From Catajapyx aquilonaris (taxonomy: Eukaryota): DNA of 60,026 nt. Numbering within the stretch: the stretch's first letter is position 1; each line of letters begins with the position of its first letter. The stretch lies in NCBI GenBank assembly GCA_000934665.2, contig JYFJ02002296.1, positions 1 through 60,026 of the forward strand, given 5' to 3'. The position numbers were made by a program, and so were the translations under genes. Shown one piece after another: positions 57,747 through 60,026 of the stretch. The notes under the pieces were generated by a model. That model did no database searches, was not told the DNA's origin, and worked only from the letters and a program-made list of their open reading frames with translations.

Positions 57747-57815
57747 TGGTGCCGGGGATCGAACCCGGGACCTTTCACATGCAACGCGAACGCTCTACCA
57801 CTGAGATACACCCCC
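57747..57815 (-). pseudogene. tRNA-Ala(TGC) pseudogene or variant
   Basis: Reverse complement GGGGGTGTATCTCAGTGGTAGAGCGTTCGCGTTGCATGTGAAAGGTCCCGGGTTCGATCCCCGGCACCA followed by T6. The 3' acceptor strand is 3 nt short and the D-stem has a mismatch. Confidence 0.8.
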
Positions 57816-59815
57816 ACTTCGTAGAAGTTATTTCTTCATTACGAGGAGACCTATGAACATGTTCATAACACATAATATTGAACATAATTTCATGTAGGGT
57901 GACACCATGTCCAAATCTCCAAAAGAAGGGCATAGATGCTTTGTATAGGCTGTGTACAATATACACACTATTATACTAATAAATACGCCTTTTTTTTACT
58001 TCAGCATAACCGAATCTACGATTTCAAACGTCCTATTTAATGTCTCTGTCTCTATAAAGTGAGTGACGACCAATAATTTCACAACTATCTGTTCTCTTCC
58101 TCAGATGCAGGACAGAGCTCCTGTTCACGTGAACCCCCTGGAGGAGGAGGAGAAAGAAATGCAGAGAGGAACGCTCGAAGGAATATTGAAGCACCGTCAT
58201 CACCGTCATACCTAGCAGAATCTACAGATCTATACACGTATGTGCGATTAAACAGATTAACTTTTTTCATATAATGCGTGTTGTGCCCATATCTGTGGAT
58301 CGGAAAAAACAAAAACAAGCTTGCTAATAAAGAACCTTAATTATCCCTCAATAAATTCTTCCTCGTTGAGATTCCAGGTCAATTACGAGTAATTTCGGTG
58401 TGCCAGGTCTTCAGGGAGGCAAGTACAGTATATTATTAAGGAAATTTAGAATAAAAAGGCTTCAATTTTATAGCATGTCATTGCATCTAAACATTAAAAT
58501 CCGTTACTCCAGTATTCGTTCGAGTTAAACATTGGCCTGTATTACAGTACTAGCTAATTACCCGCACATGCAGTAGATATTTGTCATGTGTTGCATTGGT
58601 CTAGTGGCTAATATGGAGCTAATAATGGCAAAAAATTGAATCTAGATAATGTGCGTTATACCTGATTTTCAGACAACCCAGTTCACAACTGCATCAGGTA
58701 CTATCAATCTCGTTGAACCATTCGCAATGCTTAATTGTAACCAGGAACCTCCCATTAAATGTGCATAATAAATGTTTCAAACAGTCGGCATTATTCAGTT
58801 ATTATGTTTTCTTTTAACTGATCCACGTTCATATTTTTAGATAAATTTTTTTGACAATTTTTAATCCTTCATTTTGTACTCGTCAACACTACAGGATTGT
58901 AGGTGAGCGCTTTCTTCACATATACTCGAGCAGAGTTAGTTATCTTTTCTTCATATTAATTTCTTCATACTGATCAATTAATTATTGGCTCTCGGAGCGA
59001 TCCGCAAGTATTTTTTCAATAGAGCAGGATTTTATCTATGACATGTTTTAAGCGCTCTAAAAACAATGTGTATGCATGGTATACACAGCAAATTGTGTAC
59101 TGCATTGTACTAACTAATGTACATAAGGCAGTACACAATGTGCATTTAAAAAAAAAATCGCAACGCTGTGTACCATAATTATATACACGCTGCTTTTGAG
59201 AGAGTACCCCTTGAAGTATCAGTTCGAGAGTAACATCCTGTGATGATGGGGGTACTGCAGACAGAATAATTTGGGAACAGTTTCTTATAATTTTTTGTTT
59301 GTTTTTGACGAGTGTGAGAGTCGATGCTCTTCATGTGTGGGAACCTATTATTTTCTTTTAGTGGACATGTCCCTTTTTAGGCCTTCTGTAGCAGGTATAG
59401 GGTGGCCATTTCCAAATCTTCAGAAAGAAGGACAACGCTGGTAGGTACATCGTATATATGCTTTATACAGTACAATACATTGTGTGACCCATGACCTCGG
59501 GTCACACCCTGACTAGCTCAGTAACGCAGGTTCAGTTGAAGAAAGATGTCAGACCGTTGGGAGAAAAGGGTGGAAGAAGTGGCGGGTAAAATTGGAAAAG
59601 CCGCGAAAATAATGGTTTCAGATAACATACTGTATAATGAATATGCCTTTTTTACTTAATATAACTGAAACACAAATTATCACATTCTTTTACTTATTAG
59701 CACACTAATAAGGCTAAAAAATGTAACCTAAATCAAATATTTTATGGTGATTGTTGAATTTTGTGGCGCCCTTTCTTTACAATAAGTACATGCTGGAGAG
59801 AGTGTCAGTATCGAA

Positions 59816-59882
59816 GTAGCGCAGTGGTCTAGTGGTTAAGACTCTCTCTTCGTGACCTGACGGTTGAAGGATCGAATCCTGA
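59816..59882 (+). mobile_element. Degenerate tRNA-derived SINE head
   Basis: A-box tggtctagtgg and B-box-like ggatcgaatcc without a complete cloverleaf. Confidence 0.5.
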
Positions 59883-60026
59883 AAGGAAGACGTCGTTTCT
59901 TTTTATCGCTATGGACCTTTTCCGCTGTTACTACTTCATCTCTCATTTCACATTTATTTCTCTTTGAGGTGCATCTGGTAAATAGGCTAGACCATTCCAA
60001 CACCCACACTCTCGTTGCACCAGAGC

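Overview
Intron-rich animal genomic DNA, most likely an arthropod (inference). From left to right it holds: a partial MADF-BESS gene; a 3-exon intracellular globin gene on the minus strand with the ancestral B12.2 and G7.0 introns; a same-strand tandem cluster (about 8.8-38.1 kb) of six genes with an N-terminal THAP-type domain, five of which end in long C2H2 zinc-finger arrays, plus an orphan C2H2 exon that is splice-compatible with one of them; and a TPD52-family gene (41.5-54.2 kb) whose first intron holds six paralogous 15-nt microexons encoding a (D/A/E)Y(Q/L)(G/E)(Q/H) pentapeptide. MITEs, mariner and LINE remnants, a V-SINE-like element, satellites and a tRNA-Ala pseudogene are interspersed. 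All gene models were assembled by hand from GT-AG sites with reading-phase checks; no database searches or transcript data were available. The best candidates for undescribed systems are the modular THAP-C2H2 cluster and the tandem microexon array.
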